Source: Anaerolineaceae bacterium
Lineage (GTDB): Bacteria; Chloroflexota; Anaerolineae; Anaerolineales; Anaerolineaceae
NCBI GenBank assembly: GCA_036746315.1
Contig: DAIOEK010000007.1
Span: 19,759 to 83,758 of the forward strand
Direction: 5' to 3'
DNA: 64,000 nt
Under the pieces are notes generated by a model, which saw only the letters and a program-made list of their open reading frames with translations, was not told the origin of the DNA and made no database searches. Position 1 is the stretch's first letter; every line of letters starts with the position of its first letter. Positions 10,142 through 17,329 of this stretch are shown here, in pieces. The position numbers were made by a program, and so were the translations under genes.

Positions 10142-10939
10142 ATGAAACGTTCAGCGATTTTATTCTTAGGATTGTGCGTAGTAATCGGACTGATAATAGC
10201 GGCACGTCCGCAGATAAGGATGCAAAAAATGATCGATTTCACAGCTAACGGGCAACAAATTGATTTCAGCCTGGCAACAAAAAACATTCCGCAATATACC
10301 CTGGCTTTCAGGTTCCGGGCAGATTCGTTCGGGCATGTCACCGACCCGACCCTGGGTAAGTGGGGCGTGCCGCTTATGCTTGGCGACGTATCGACCGTGA
10401 CGTTTATAGCAAATAACGCAACCACAGTGAAAAATATTCTGTTCTCCCAGACATTCTCAACAACGTCAGGCGCATGGAGAACAAACAGCGCACCGCCTAT
10501 CGGGTCCTATGAGCAAGTGGTTATCACTTATGACGCAACCAGCACCGGCAACGATCCGGTTATTTACATAAACGGGGCAGCCGTTGCGACTACAGAAATT
10601 CAAACGCCGTCTGGGAGCGCTGATACCAGCTTGAGTGGTATAACCATTGGTTCGGATGGAACAAAATCATTTGACGGCGTCCTGCTTGACGTCCGCGTCT
10701 ACAACCGCATCCTGTCAGCGCAAGAAGTATCTGAATTATGGCAGATGGCTTGTGTAACCAGCAACGATTGGGGGCTTGTGTTCCATGCGAACCTGGACGG
10801 TGCAGCGGGAATACCTGATTTTCAGACGCCTTTGGCAGCTGAAAACATCCTTGTGGATCGAATTGGTGGCGCAACGGGCGTACCTACTGGCGGTCCCGTC
10901 GGGGCGTCGGATGTAATAATGACCTGGGGCGGCTGGTAA
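10142..10939 (+). CDS. Membrane-anchored LamG (concanavalin A-like lectin, Laminin_G_3) domain protein
   Basis: N-terminal hydrophobic segment AILFLGLCVVIGLIIA. The C-terminal signature FDGVLLDVRVYNRILSAQEVSELW is typical of Laminin_G_3 domains. Confidence 0.7.
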   Translation: MKRSAILFLGLCVVIGLIIAARPQIRMQKMIDFTANGQQIDFSLATKNIPQYTLAFRFRADSFGHVTDPTLGKWGVPLMLGDVSTVTFIANNATTVKNILFSQTFSTTSGAWRTNSAPPIGSYEQVVITYDATSTGNDPVIYINGAAVATTEIQTPSGSADTSLSGITIGSDGTKSFDGVLLDVRVYNRILSAQEVSELWQMACVTSNDWGLVFHANLDGAAGIPDFQTPLAAENILVDRIGGATGVPTGGPVGASDVIMTWGGW

Positions 10940-11030
10940 GAGCAATACTGATTTGGATTTAATAAAAATGGAGGTGTCAAGATGTTTAACTTAATGTTAT
11001 CGACTCGCGCCGGGGTGGGCGTCGAGCATC

Positions 11031-11639
11031 ATGGCAGACGGGGTGAATATCACCCGCCGTCGCAGAAAGCGATCGATTATGGATGCTGGAACGATTTTAA
11101 ACGCACTATCCCAGCGGCAAACTGGGACAGGCACGAACACGGCGGGAAACTTTCGACAAACTTATTATAACGAAAATTTCCAAAATTACAATCCTGAAAT
11201 ACTTCCGCACGATAACGCCGCTGAGCAGGCAGTCATAGGTGCGGTCCTCATCCTGGGGGCGATCCCACAGGGTCTAAGCCTACGCCCGGATTACTTTTAC
11301 CGGGAGCAACACCGCATAGTTTGGCATTGCTTAGAAATGCTGAGCGCGCGCGGTGAGACTATTGACATTCTCAGCGTACAAAGAGAGCTGGCGAGGATGA
11401 AGCGCACCATAGCGCCTTCGTTCTTGACTAGCTGCCTGTTATACAGCAATCCCCCCGCAATAGATCCATTTACCTGGGTTACTCCCCAGGAATACGCGAA
11501 AGAGTGTGCTGATCGCGTTCTGGCAGCTTTCCGGCAACGGCGGCATGCTATTCAGATCGACGCGATTCTGCAAGCGGTGTGGAAGGGTCGGTACACCGAA
11601 GCAATCCGGATGCTGCAGGACATTGTTGGGGGTGCATAA
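11031..11639 (+). CDS. DnaB-helicase N-terminal-domain protein (start uncertain)
   Basis: LPHDNAAEQAVIGAVLILGAIPQG...FYREQHRIVWHCLEMLSARGETIDILSVQRELAR matches the DnaB N-terminal domain pattern (P.. .EAE..vlG..l...F....h..if....l...g.piD). There is no ATPase domain in this ORF. Confidence 0.65.
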   Translation: MADGVNITRRRRKRSIMDAGTILNALSQRQTGTGTNTAGNFRQTYYNENFQNYNPEILPHDNAAEQAVIGAVLILGAIPQGLSLRPDYFYREQHRIVWHCLEMLSARGETIDILSVQRELARMKRTIAPSFLTSCLLYSNPPAIDPFTWVTPQEYAKECADRVLAAFRQRRHAIQIDAILQAVWKGRYTEAIRMLQDIVGGA

Positions 11640-12685
11640 TGGCAGATACATGGAAACTATACACCCTGGAAGATGCTTTCAAACCACGCCCGCCCGCTGA
11701 GTACGCGGTAGCAAACCTAATCCGGCTGCCCTCACTAGGTATGTTTTATGGTCCCCCAGGCTGCTTAAAATCCATGCTTCTGGCAGATATGGCAGTCTGC
11801 ATTTCCGGGGGTATTGATTGGCTGCAACCAGCTGCATGGCAGCCGGGATCAAAACCGCGCACGGTGCTGCCATGCCCGGTCCTATGGCTTGACCTGGATA
11901 ATGGCAAAGACACCACAGAAGACCGTTTTAAGGCACTTGCAACCGGTCACAAGGTAGATCCAGGCGCCGCCCTGTTCTATTACACCATGCCATCACCCTG
12001 GCCACGTCTGATTGATGAAGCACAAGCAAACGAGCTGAAAGACCGCATATTCCTAACCCAGGCAAGAGTAGTGATCATCGACAACCTGGCAAGAGTATCT
12101 GCGGGCGTGGACGAAAACACGCGCCAGATGGACGACGTTATGAATAACTTGCGGCAAATATCAGAAGCAACCAGAACCGCCATAATCTTGATACACCATA
12201 GCAGCAAAGACCGGGGAACCGGGGGAAGAGCAGGGGACAGACTGCGCGGACATTCAAGCATTGAAGCTGCCCTGGATCTGGCTATCAGCGTAGAACGGGA
12301 AGAGTACAGCAGCAAAATCAACCTGATCACAACTAAGAGCCGTCATGGCGAAATACCACCATTCGCGGCTGAATGGACCTACAAAAAAGAAGCAGATGAT
12401 ACTCTGATCGAGGGTGCATTCTACGGTCTGGCAGCGGATGACGATAAATCAGATCACGCACTTGACCGCGTTATTTTATCCAGCGTAGATGGTACATGGA
12501 CCAATAAAACCAATTTGCGGAAATTAGTCAAAGAAGAACTGCCCGACATAGGCAATCACCGCATCGAGAGCCGGATATCTTTCCTGGCAGCTGCAGGAAA
12601 ACTGGCAGAGAAACCAGGCAATATAACCAATGAGAAGCTATACCGTCATCCGTCTTCCGGCGTCTTCCAATCGTCTTCCGGATGA
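11639..12685 (+). CDS. RecA-fold replicative ATPase (AAA_25/RepA-like), putative element replicase
   Basis: The ATG overlaps the upstream stop (TAATG). Walker A-like GPPGCLKS, Walker B VVIIDNLARV, and IILIHHSSKD are present. Confidence 0.6.
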   Translation: MADTWKLYTLEDAFKPRPPAEYAVANLIRLPSLGMFYGPPGCLKSMLLADMAVCISGGIDWLQPAAWQPGSKPRTVLPCPVLWLDLDNGKDTTEDRFKALATGHKVDPGAALFYYTMPSPWPRLIDEAQANELKDRIFLTQARVVIIDNLARVSAGVDENTRQMDDVMNNLRQISEATRTAIILIHHSSKDRGTGGRAGDRLRGHSSIEAALDLAISVEREEYSSKINLITTKSRHGEIPPFAAEWTYKKEADDTLIEGAFYGLAADDDKSDHALDRVILSSVDGTWTNKTNLRKLVKEELPDIGNHRIESRISFLAAAGKLAEKPGNITNEKLYRHPSSGVFQSSSG

Positions 12686-12731
12686 CAACCGAAACCGTCA
12701 TCCGTCTTCCCCCCCTTTTAAGGGGAAGACG
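12643..12731. repeat. Iteron cluster (CGTCTTCC x4 direct + 1 inverted) with an embedded hairpin; candidate replication origin
   Basis: cgtcttcc occurs at 12651, 12661, 12672 and 12703, and the inverted ggaagacg at 12724. ccgtcatc occurs at 12643 and 12695. The stem ccgtcttcccc/ggggaagacgg spans 12702-12732. Confidence 0.5.
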
Positions 12732-12769
12732 GTGGACGACGAAATCAGAGAACTTAGGGAGTGTGGATC

Positions 12770-12979
12770 ATGGGAAAAATGAGCTATTTACCTATCAAAG
12801 AAAAGGGCTTGTATCCTCTAGAAATAGTACAGGGGATTCACCGTCCTCTGTATATTTCAAGCGCTGCAGCGGCGTTCAGGCGGGTTATTCGTGCTTGGTG
12901 GGAGCGTACAACGCCGGGGATCTGCCACTATAACGAGCTGCTAATCTCAGAGTCCTCTGTACTTTGGGGGCAGGAATGA
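12770..12979 (+). CDS. Hypothetical small protein (element)
   Basis: ORF with a GGGAG RBS upstream. No recognisable motif. Confidence 0.3.
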   Translation: MGKMSYLPIKEKGLYPLEIVQGIHRPLYISSAAAAFRRVIRAWWERTTPGICHYNELLISESSVLWGQE

Positions 12980-13386
12980 CAGCGAAAGTAACCAAAGCAT
13001 GCGGGGCAGAAGCAGCGGTCCGGGCGTTATCCAGGGGTGAACCGTTTACCGGGTTGGCTGCCCGTGAACTGTGCGAGGTGATCCAGACGTTCGAGGATGA
13101 AGGGCGTCTGGAGATCATGAAGCATAACGCATATCGGGGGCAGGCGACGGCAAATCTATTCTGGCAGGCAATCCAGAAGGCAGCGGACGAAGGCGACTTG
13201 CAGCGGCTAGATGAATATGTCAAGCGGTTTGGCTGGCTGCTGGGTGTGGTGACGCGGTTATGGCAGGCTGAAGCGATAGAAGAGAAGGCGGCTAAGGGCA
13301 ACAGTACTGAGGTCGATGCAATCCTGGCAGAATACAGGGACGCTGATACAGCAGAAGGGACGGGCGAAGATGCACCAAATAATTAA
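12976..13386 (+). CDS. Hypothetical protein; its position immediately upstream of the TerL-like gene would fit a small terminase subunit
   Basis: 136 aa, helical and charged. The 3' end overlaps the next gene's start. The assignment rests on synteny only. Confidence 0.3.
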   Translation: MTAKVTKACGAEAAVRALSRGEPFTGLAARELCEVIQTFEDEGRLEIMKHNAYRGQATANLFWQAIQKAADEGDLQRLDEYVKRFGWLLGVVTRLWQAEAIEEKAAKGNSTEVDAILAEYRDADTAEGTGEDAPNN

Positions 13387-15037
13387 CTTTGCCAAAGGTG
13401 AGCTGGGAATAAAGCTGCACCCAGGGCAGGCACGGGAATTGTCTGCCTACTATGAGAGCGGGCTGCCTGATTGGTTGAACCTATCCGGGCGGCGGTCGGG
13501 TAAGTCTTTGCTTGCGGACGTGATCGCGTGTTATGAAGCGTTGGTCCCGGATTTCAGCGCGTATATCAGACCGGAAGAGCCGCGCCATATCATCATTGTT
13601 GCGAACCGGTTAGATAATGCCAGGCTGCATATCGACAATATCAGCAAGATGTTATCCCGGCGGTTCAAGTCTAAGATCACGAATGTTACCCAGGACAGGA
13701 TCGAGCTATCCAACGGGGCGGTAATCCTGTGCTTGCCGGCAAGCGCACGGGCAGGGCGCGGGTACACCGCAAGCTGCGTGATATTTGATGAGCTGGCACA
13801 TTTCGTCGATAGTGACGGAAATCAGAGCGCGGACGCGGTTTACAATGCGTTTTCGCCGACTGTGGCAACGTTCGGGGACGCGGCGCGGATTGTGATAACC
13901 ACGACGCCATTTACACGAACCGGGATTGTATTCTCGCTATTTGACCGGATAAACAGCGGTGAACTGGCAGATCAGATCTATTTGACGCATTGTACCACCC
14001 AGGAAATGAATCCGAAGGTCGGGGAAGGTACCATAAAGCGGGCGTTGAAACGGGATGAGGAATCAGCGCGGACAGAATACTTTGCAGAATTTCGCGACCC
14101 GTTGGAAGCGTTCCTTAATCCGCTTGCGATTGACCGGGCGGTCGATGAACACCTGGCAGAGCTTCACCATGCAGAGCCGGGCAAGCAGTACATTATGGCG
14201 ATTGACCCGGCGATCATGCGGGATAACTTTGCTTTTGCGGTGATGCACACAGAGAAGGGCGTGCATATTGTGGACATGGTCCGCGCACTTAAGGCGCCGG
14301 TGGACCCGAACGAAGCGGAAGATTTACTCTTCCTGCTGAATAAGAATTTTCACCCGTTGAGAATCCTTTGCGATAATCCCAGCCTGGTACAGCGATTACG
14401 CAGCAAGCTGCCGAACCTGGAATACAAACCATTCACCCGACCGATGAAACTTGAAATCTATGGCAGCCTGAAAGAAGCGATCAACCTCGAAAACTTCCAG
14501 ATGTATAAGCAGCAGGACGCCATAGATGAACTGAAGGCGCTGCAGATCCGCAACGGGGTTGATATCGCGGCACCAAAAAGCGGCCGGATTACACACGACG
14601 ACCTGTGCGACGTCCTGGCATTGTGTGTCAATGGCTTGGTAAAACGGGCTGGGGTTGGTGAAGTGGAATATGCACCAAATTTTATTTTCGGTACTGTGGC
14701 GGGGCAAGAAACTTATGAAGATTGGTTATGGCGTAAGCAGAACACCGCCGAACACCCGCCGGGTGTCACCTGGCAGAACTGTAAGAACCGTCACCGGGGT
14801 TGCGACGCATGCGAACGGGAAACCGCGCACATGGTGGACCCTGAGACGGGGATCTGGATCGGGGACAATCAGCCGGTTGACGTCCCGGATGGCGCGCATG
14901 TTTCTGTCATTGATGGGGACCTGCTAACCAGCCTAATTACAAGAAACATAGAAAGGGAATACAACAAAGAAATTAGAGATCAAAAAATCCTAGACTTATT
15001 TTACAAAGGTGCAAACTTGCACCGGAAAGGCTACTAA
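13370..15037 (+). CDS. Phage terminase large subunit-like protein
   Basis: Walker A-like LSGRRSGKS, Walker B CVIFDELAHF, ITTTP coupling-like motif, and C-terminal acidic residues (AIDPA..., THDDLCDV) consistent with the RNaseH-like nuclease. Confidence 0.55.
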   Translation: MHQIINFAKGELGIKLHPGQARELSAYYESGLPDWLNLSGRRSGKSLLADVIACYEALVPDFSAYIRPEEPRHIIIVANRLDNARLHIDNISKMLSRRFKSKITNVTQDRIELSNGAVILCLPASARAGRGYTASCVIFDELAHFVDSDGNQSADAVYNAFSPTVATFGDAARIVITTTPFTRTGIVFSLFDRINSGELADQIYLTHCTTQEMNPKVGEGTIKRALKRDEESARTEYFAEFRDPLEAFLNPLAIDRAVDEHLAELHHAEPGKQYIMAIDPAIMRDNFAFAVMHTEKGVHIVDMVRALKAPVDPNEAEDLLFLLNKNFHPLRILCDNPSLVQRLRSKLPNLEYKPFTRPMKLEIYGSLKEAINLENFQMYKQQDAIDELKALQIRNGVDIAAPKSGRITHDDLCDVLALCVNGLVKRAGVGEVEYAPNFIFGTVAGQETYEDWLWRKQNTAEHPPGVTWQNCKNRHRGCDACERETAHMVDPETGIWIGDNQPVDVPDGAHVSVIDGDLLTSLITRNIEREYNKEIRDQKILDLFYKGANLHRKGY

Positions 15038-15039
15038 TT

Positions 15040-15762
15040 ATGACCGCATGGATAGATCAACTAATTAGCATTAGAGCGTTAAGAGAAGAACTGGCAAAGT
15101 ATGGCGGGATGATGGACCCTTATGCCCGTTCGGTAATTACCCGTGAAATAGCATCGAAAGTGGACGCGGTAAGACCAGCGGCAGTTAATGGCGCATTAGC
15201 AGACTGGCGCGGTACGATCCAGAAATACCAGGATGCCCGGGCAAAATTCGAGCAGGCACGGCAAAAAGAAGCGGACAGCTACGACGCCGGAAAACTGGCA
15301 GGGGAAATCAACCTGCTACAGACCATGATCGGGCTGAATAGCAAGCAGGCATCCCCATTCAAGAAGCAGCCGGATGGACTGCAGAAAATCTACCAGGACG
15401 CGGCGAACAGCGCGGATAAACACCGCAGACGTGCCGCGGCTGAGCTATTTGCAGCGATGGACGGCGGCAAAGACCTAGCGATGGTCGAATTGGTCCGCAA
15501 GGCAAAAAACGACCTGGCAACCATGCTTGACACGCCGGAAGTGAAGCAGGCAGCGCAAGGGGTCATTGATGGATTGAATGAACTGGAAAGCTGCAGGGAA
15601 TACGTCACGAATGTTGCCGATATTCTGGGCGAAAGCAGGGATCAGATATTTGTACACGGTGCTTTACGTGAAGAATTAAACAGGGTCCGTGTTATGCCCG
15701 ATGGAAACGTGGAAATCAAAGAGGTTAATAATGGACGATCAATGGCAGAAACTCAAAACTAA
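15040..15762 (+). CDS. Hypothetical helical protein (element)
   Basis: 240-aa ORF starting 3 nt after the TerL-like stop. No motif recognised. Confidence 0.4.
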   Translation: MTAWIDQLISIRALREELAKYGGMMDPYARSVITREIASKVDAVRPAAVNGALADWRGTIQKYQDARAKFEQARQKEADSYDAGKLAGEINLLQTMIGLNSKQASPFKKQPDGLQKIYQDAANSADKHRRRAAAELFAAMDGGKDLAMVELVRKAKNDLATMLDTPEVKQAAQGVIDGLNELESCREYVTNVADILGESRDQIFVHGALREELNRVRVMPDGNVEIKEVNNGRSMAETQN

Positions 15763-15988
15763 GAAGCCGAAATTCCAGACACCTGCCTGGGTGAAAACAA
15801 TCAGCGGGTTGGCTTCCATTTATTCACGGCAAAACCATCGGGACGAGATCAAAATACCCGATACCAAACAAAGCGCGCCTTATGAGGATAATAATACCCG
15901 CTGGTATAACTTCCTGCGCAAGCATGGTTATTCTGAGGAAGAAATCGACGCGGTGAAAAGTCGACGGGAAAAACCATTATTCGGGTAA
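15731..15988 (+). CDS. Hypothetical small protein (element)
   Basis: ORF MDDQWQKLKTKKPKF... overlapping the previous gene's end. Confidence 0.3.
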   Translation: MDDQWQKLKTKKPKFQTPAWVKTISGLASIYSRQNHRDEIKIPDTKQSAPYEDNNTRWYNFLRKHGYSEEEIDAVKSRREKPLFG

Positions 15989-16186
15989 AAAAATAATGGC
16001 AGGTATTGACAACCGGCGTATAATAGATATAGAACGATCCTGGCAAGTGCGAGAACACCTGCCAGGACCTAACCAAAACGCCGGGATAAGCGGCGAATGG
16101 CTAACCTGATTATATCATAGCAGCCACCTTAAACCGCTTGTCCATTCAGACAGGCGGTTTGTGTTTAACCAAAAGGAGGCTATGCA

Positions 16187-16465
16187 ATGAGTAACAAGGT
16201 TCTAGATCGGGAACTGGTAGAGCCGATGGTATCGGTAGAATTTATCGAGAATATCATCTGCTGCTGGGGCGGGGATTGTCTCACCTCTGCCCTGGAAGAT
16301 CGACCGCAAGAACAGCGGTTATTAAATTCCATTGTGCTGGGGTACATGGTACAGATCAACGCGCTGCAGAATGGCGGCAAGGTTGAGAAGTGCCTGGCAG
16401 AATGGATCAAGGACGAAATGCCCGAAGCGATCAACACCATGAGCGCGCTGGGCTTTCAATGGTGA
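16187..16465 (+). CDS. Hypothetical protein (element)
   Basis: AAGGAGG RBS 7 nt upstream of the ATG. 92 aa. Confidence 0.45.
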   Translation: MSNKVLDRELVEPMVSVEFIENIICCWGGDCLTSALEDRPQEQRLLNSIVLGYMVQINALQNGGKVEKCLAEWIKDEMPEAINTMSALGFQW

Positions 16466-16481
16466 GGGGAAGGAGCAGAAA

Positions 16482-16682
16482 ATGGCTGAGCATAATCCTT
16501 GTGAATCGGTTGCCAGGAAGATGATCCGGGTATATGACGAGATCACCAATATCACCGAAAAGATAAACATCCTCACGGAAGAGATCGAAGAACTGGAAGA
16601 AGAGAAAAGCGTCCATGAGCTGCAATTCGAGCAATTAGGGCATTTACTGATATCTTTTGACGAAGAAGAAGGGAAAATGTAA
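16482..16682 (+). CDS. Hypothetical coiled-coil small protein (element)
   Basis: 66 aa with an acidic heptad-like stretch, ITEKINILTEEIEELEEEK. Confidence 0.35.
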   Translation: MAEHNPCESVARKMIRVYDEITNITEKINILTEEIEELEEEKSVHELQFEQLGHLLISFDEEEGKM

Positions 16683-16802
16683 TGACAAAATCAAAAAATG
16701 ATGTACAATGGATTATAGGTAAAGCATTTTAATTGCAAAAGCGTACACGGCATATATGGCGGTGACGACATGGCAGGGGCAGCATATACGGGGGTAGAAT
16801 CA

Positions 16803-16878
16803 TGGCGCCCCAGGAGAGACTCGAACTCTCAACCATCGGATTAGAAGTCCGGTGCTCTATCCATTGAGCTACTGGGGC
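16803..16878 (-). tRNA. tRNA-Arg (anticodon TCT), CCA encoded
   Basis: The reverse complement GCCCCAGTAGCTCAATGGATAGAGCACCGGACTTCTAATCCGATGGTTGAGAGTTCGAGTCTCTCCTGGGGCGCCA folds as a cloverleaf. Acceptor GCCCCAG/CTGGGGC, anticodon stem CCGGA/TCCGA with loop CTTCTAA, T-arm GAGAG-TTCGAGT-CTCTC. Confidence 0.9.
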
Positions 16879-16894
16879 AATGGCAACAATCTTA

Positions 16895-17329
16895 TCACAA
16901 ATTCGTGGGGCGAATGCCCATAAAGATCCGTGAACCGGAGAGCAGCCGTAGAATGGTATCCCCCGGCTTGCCGATCATGGCGCCCAACTCTTCGGCGTTG
17001 AGCGGGGTATTTCCGTTGGAGAGGAAGATGCGGAAGACGTTATCCACCACGCTATGGTTCTCCTCCACAAAGCCTTCCAGTCGGGAGCAATGCAGCATGA
17101 GCTTTTGCTGAATACCATCCACCTGGTGTACTTCCGCTGTGATGGGGTCGATGTGGTCGATCAATTCCCCTTCCGCGGCCGAGGCAAAAAGCTGGCGGTG
17201 TTCGGGGCAAAGGTAATCCAGCAGGAAAACCCGCCAGTTGTTGTCATGTTCTTTCCACCAGTCGAAATCGATGTGGAAGGGGGTATTGAGGGTTGGTTTT
17301 ACAAGAGAAAATTGAGGCTTGTTTTCCAT
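16895..17329 (-). CDS. Hypothetical protein
   Basis: 144-aa ORF whose start codon directly abuts the upstream gene's stop codon. No motif recognised. Confidence 0.5.
   Translation of the reverse strand: MENKPQFSLVKPTLNTPFHIDFDWWKEHDNNWRVFLLDYLCPEHRQLFASAAEGELIDHIDPITAEVHQVDGIQQKLMLHCSRLEGFVEENHSVVDNVFRIFLSNGNTPLNAEELGAMIGKPGDTILRLLSGSRIFMGIRPTNL

Larger units (their letters stand above)
8732..16849 (+). mobile_element. tRNA-Arg-integrated ~8.1 kb genetic element (phage-satellite-like island or decayed prophage)
   Basis: Bounded by 48-bp perfect direct repeats, one inside an intact tRNA. A tyrosine integrase lies at one end. All genes are on the + strand, including RHH, DnaB-N, a RecA-like ATPase and a TerL-like gene. 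Confidence 0.8.

Noticed and set aside
12682-12933. An 83-aa ORF starting at the ATGA overlap with the replicase stop.
   Set aside because: It runs through the iteron and hairpin region, has odd composition, and overlaps a better-supported ORF (12770-12979, which has an RBS). It is probably non-coding, but this is not certain.
16006-16024. A promoter-like TTGACA … TATAAT pair.
   Set aside because: The spacer is only 7 nt, which is incompatible with sigma-70 geometry. The TATAAT alone could be a -10 element, but I cannot support a promoter call.
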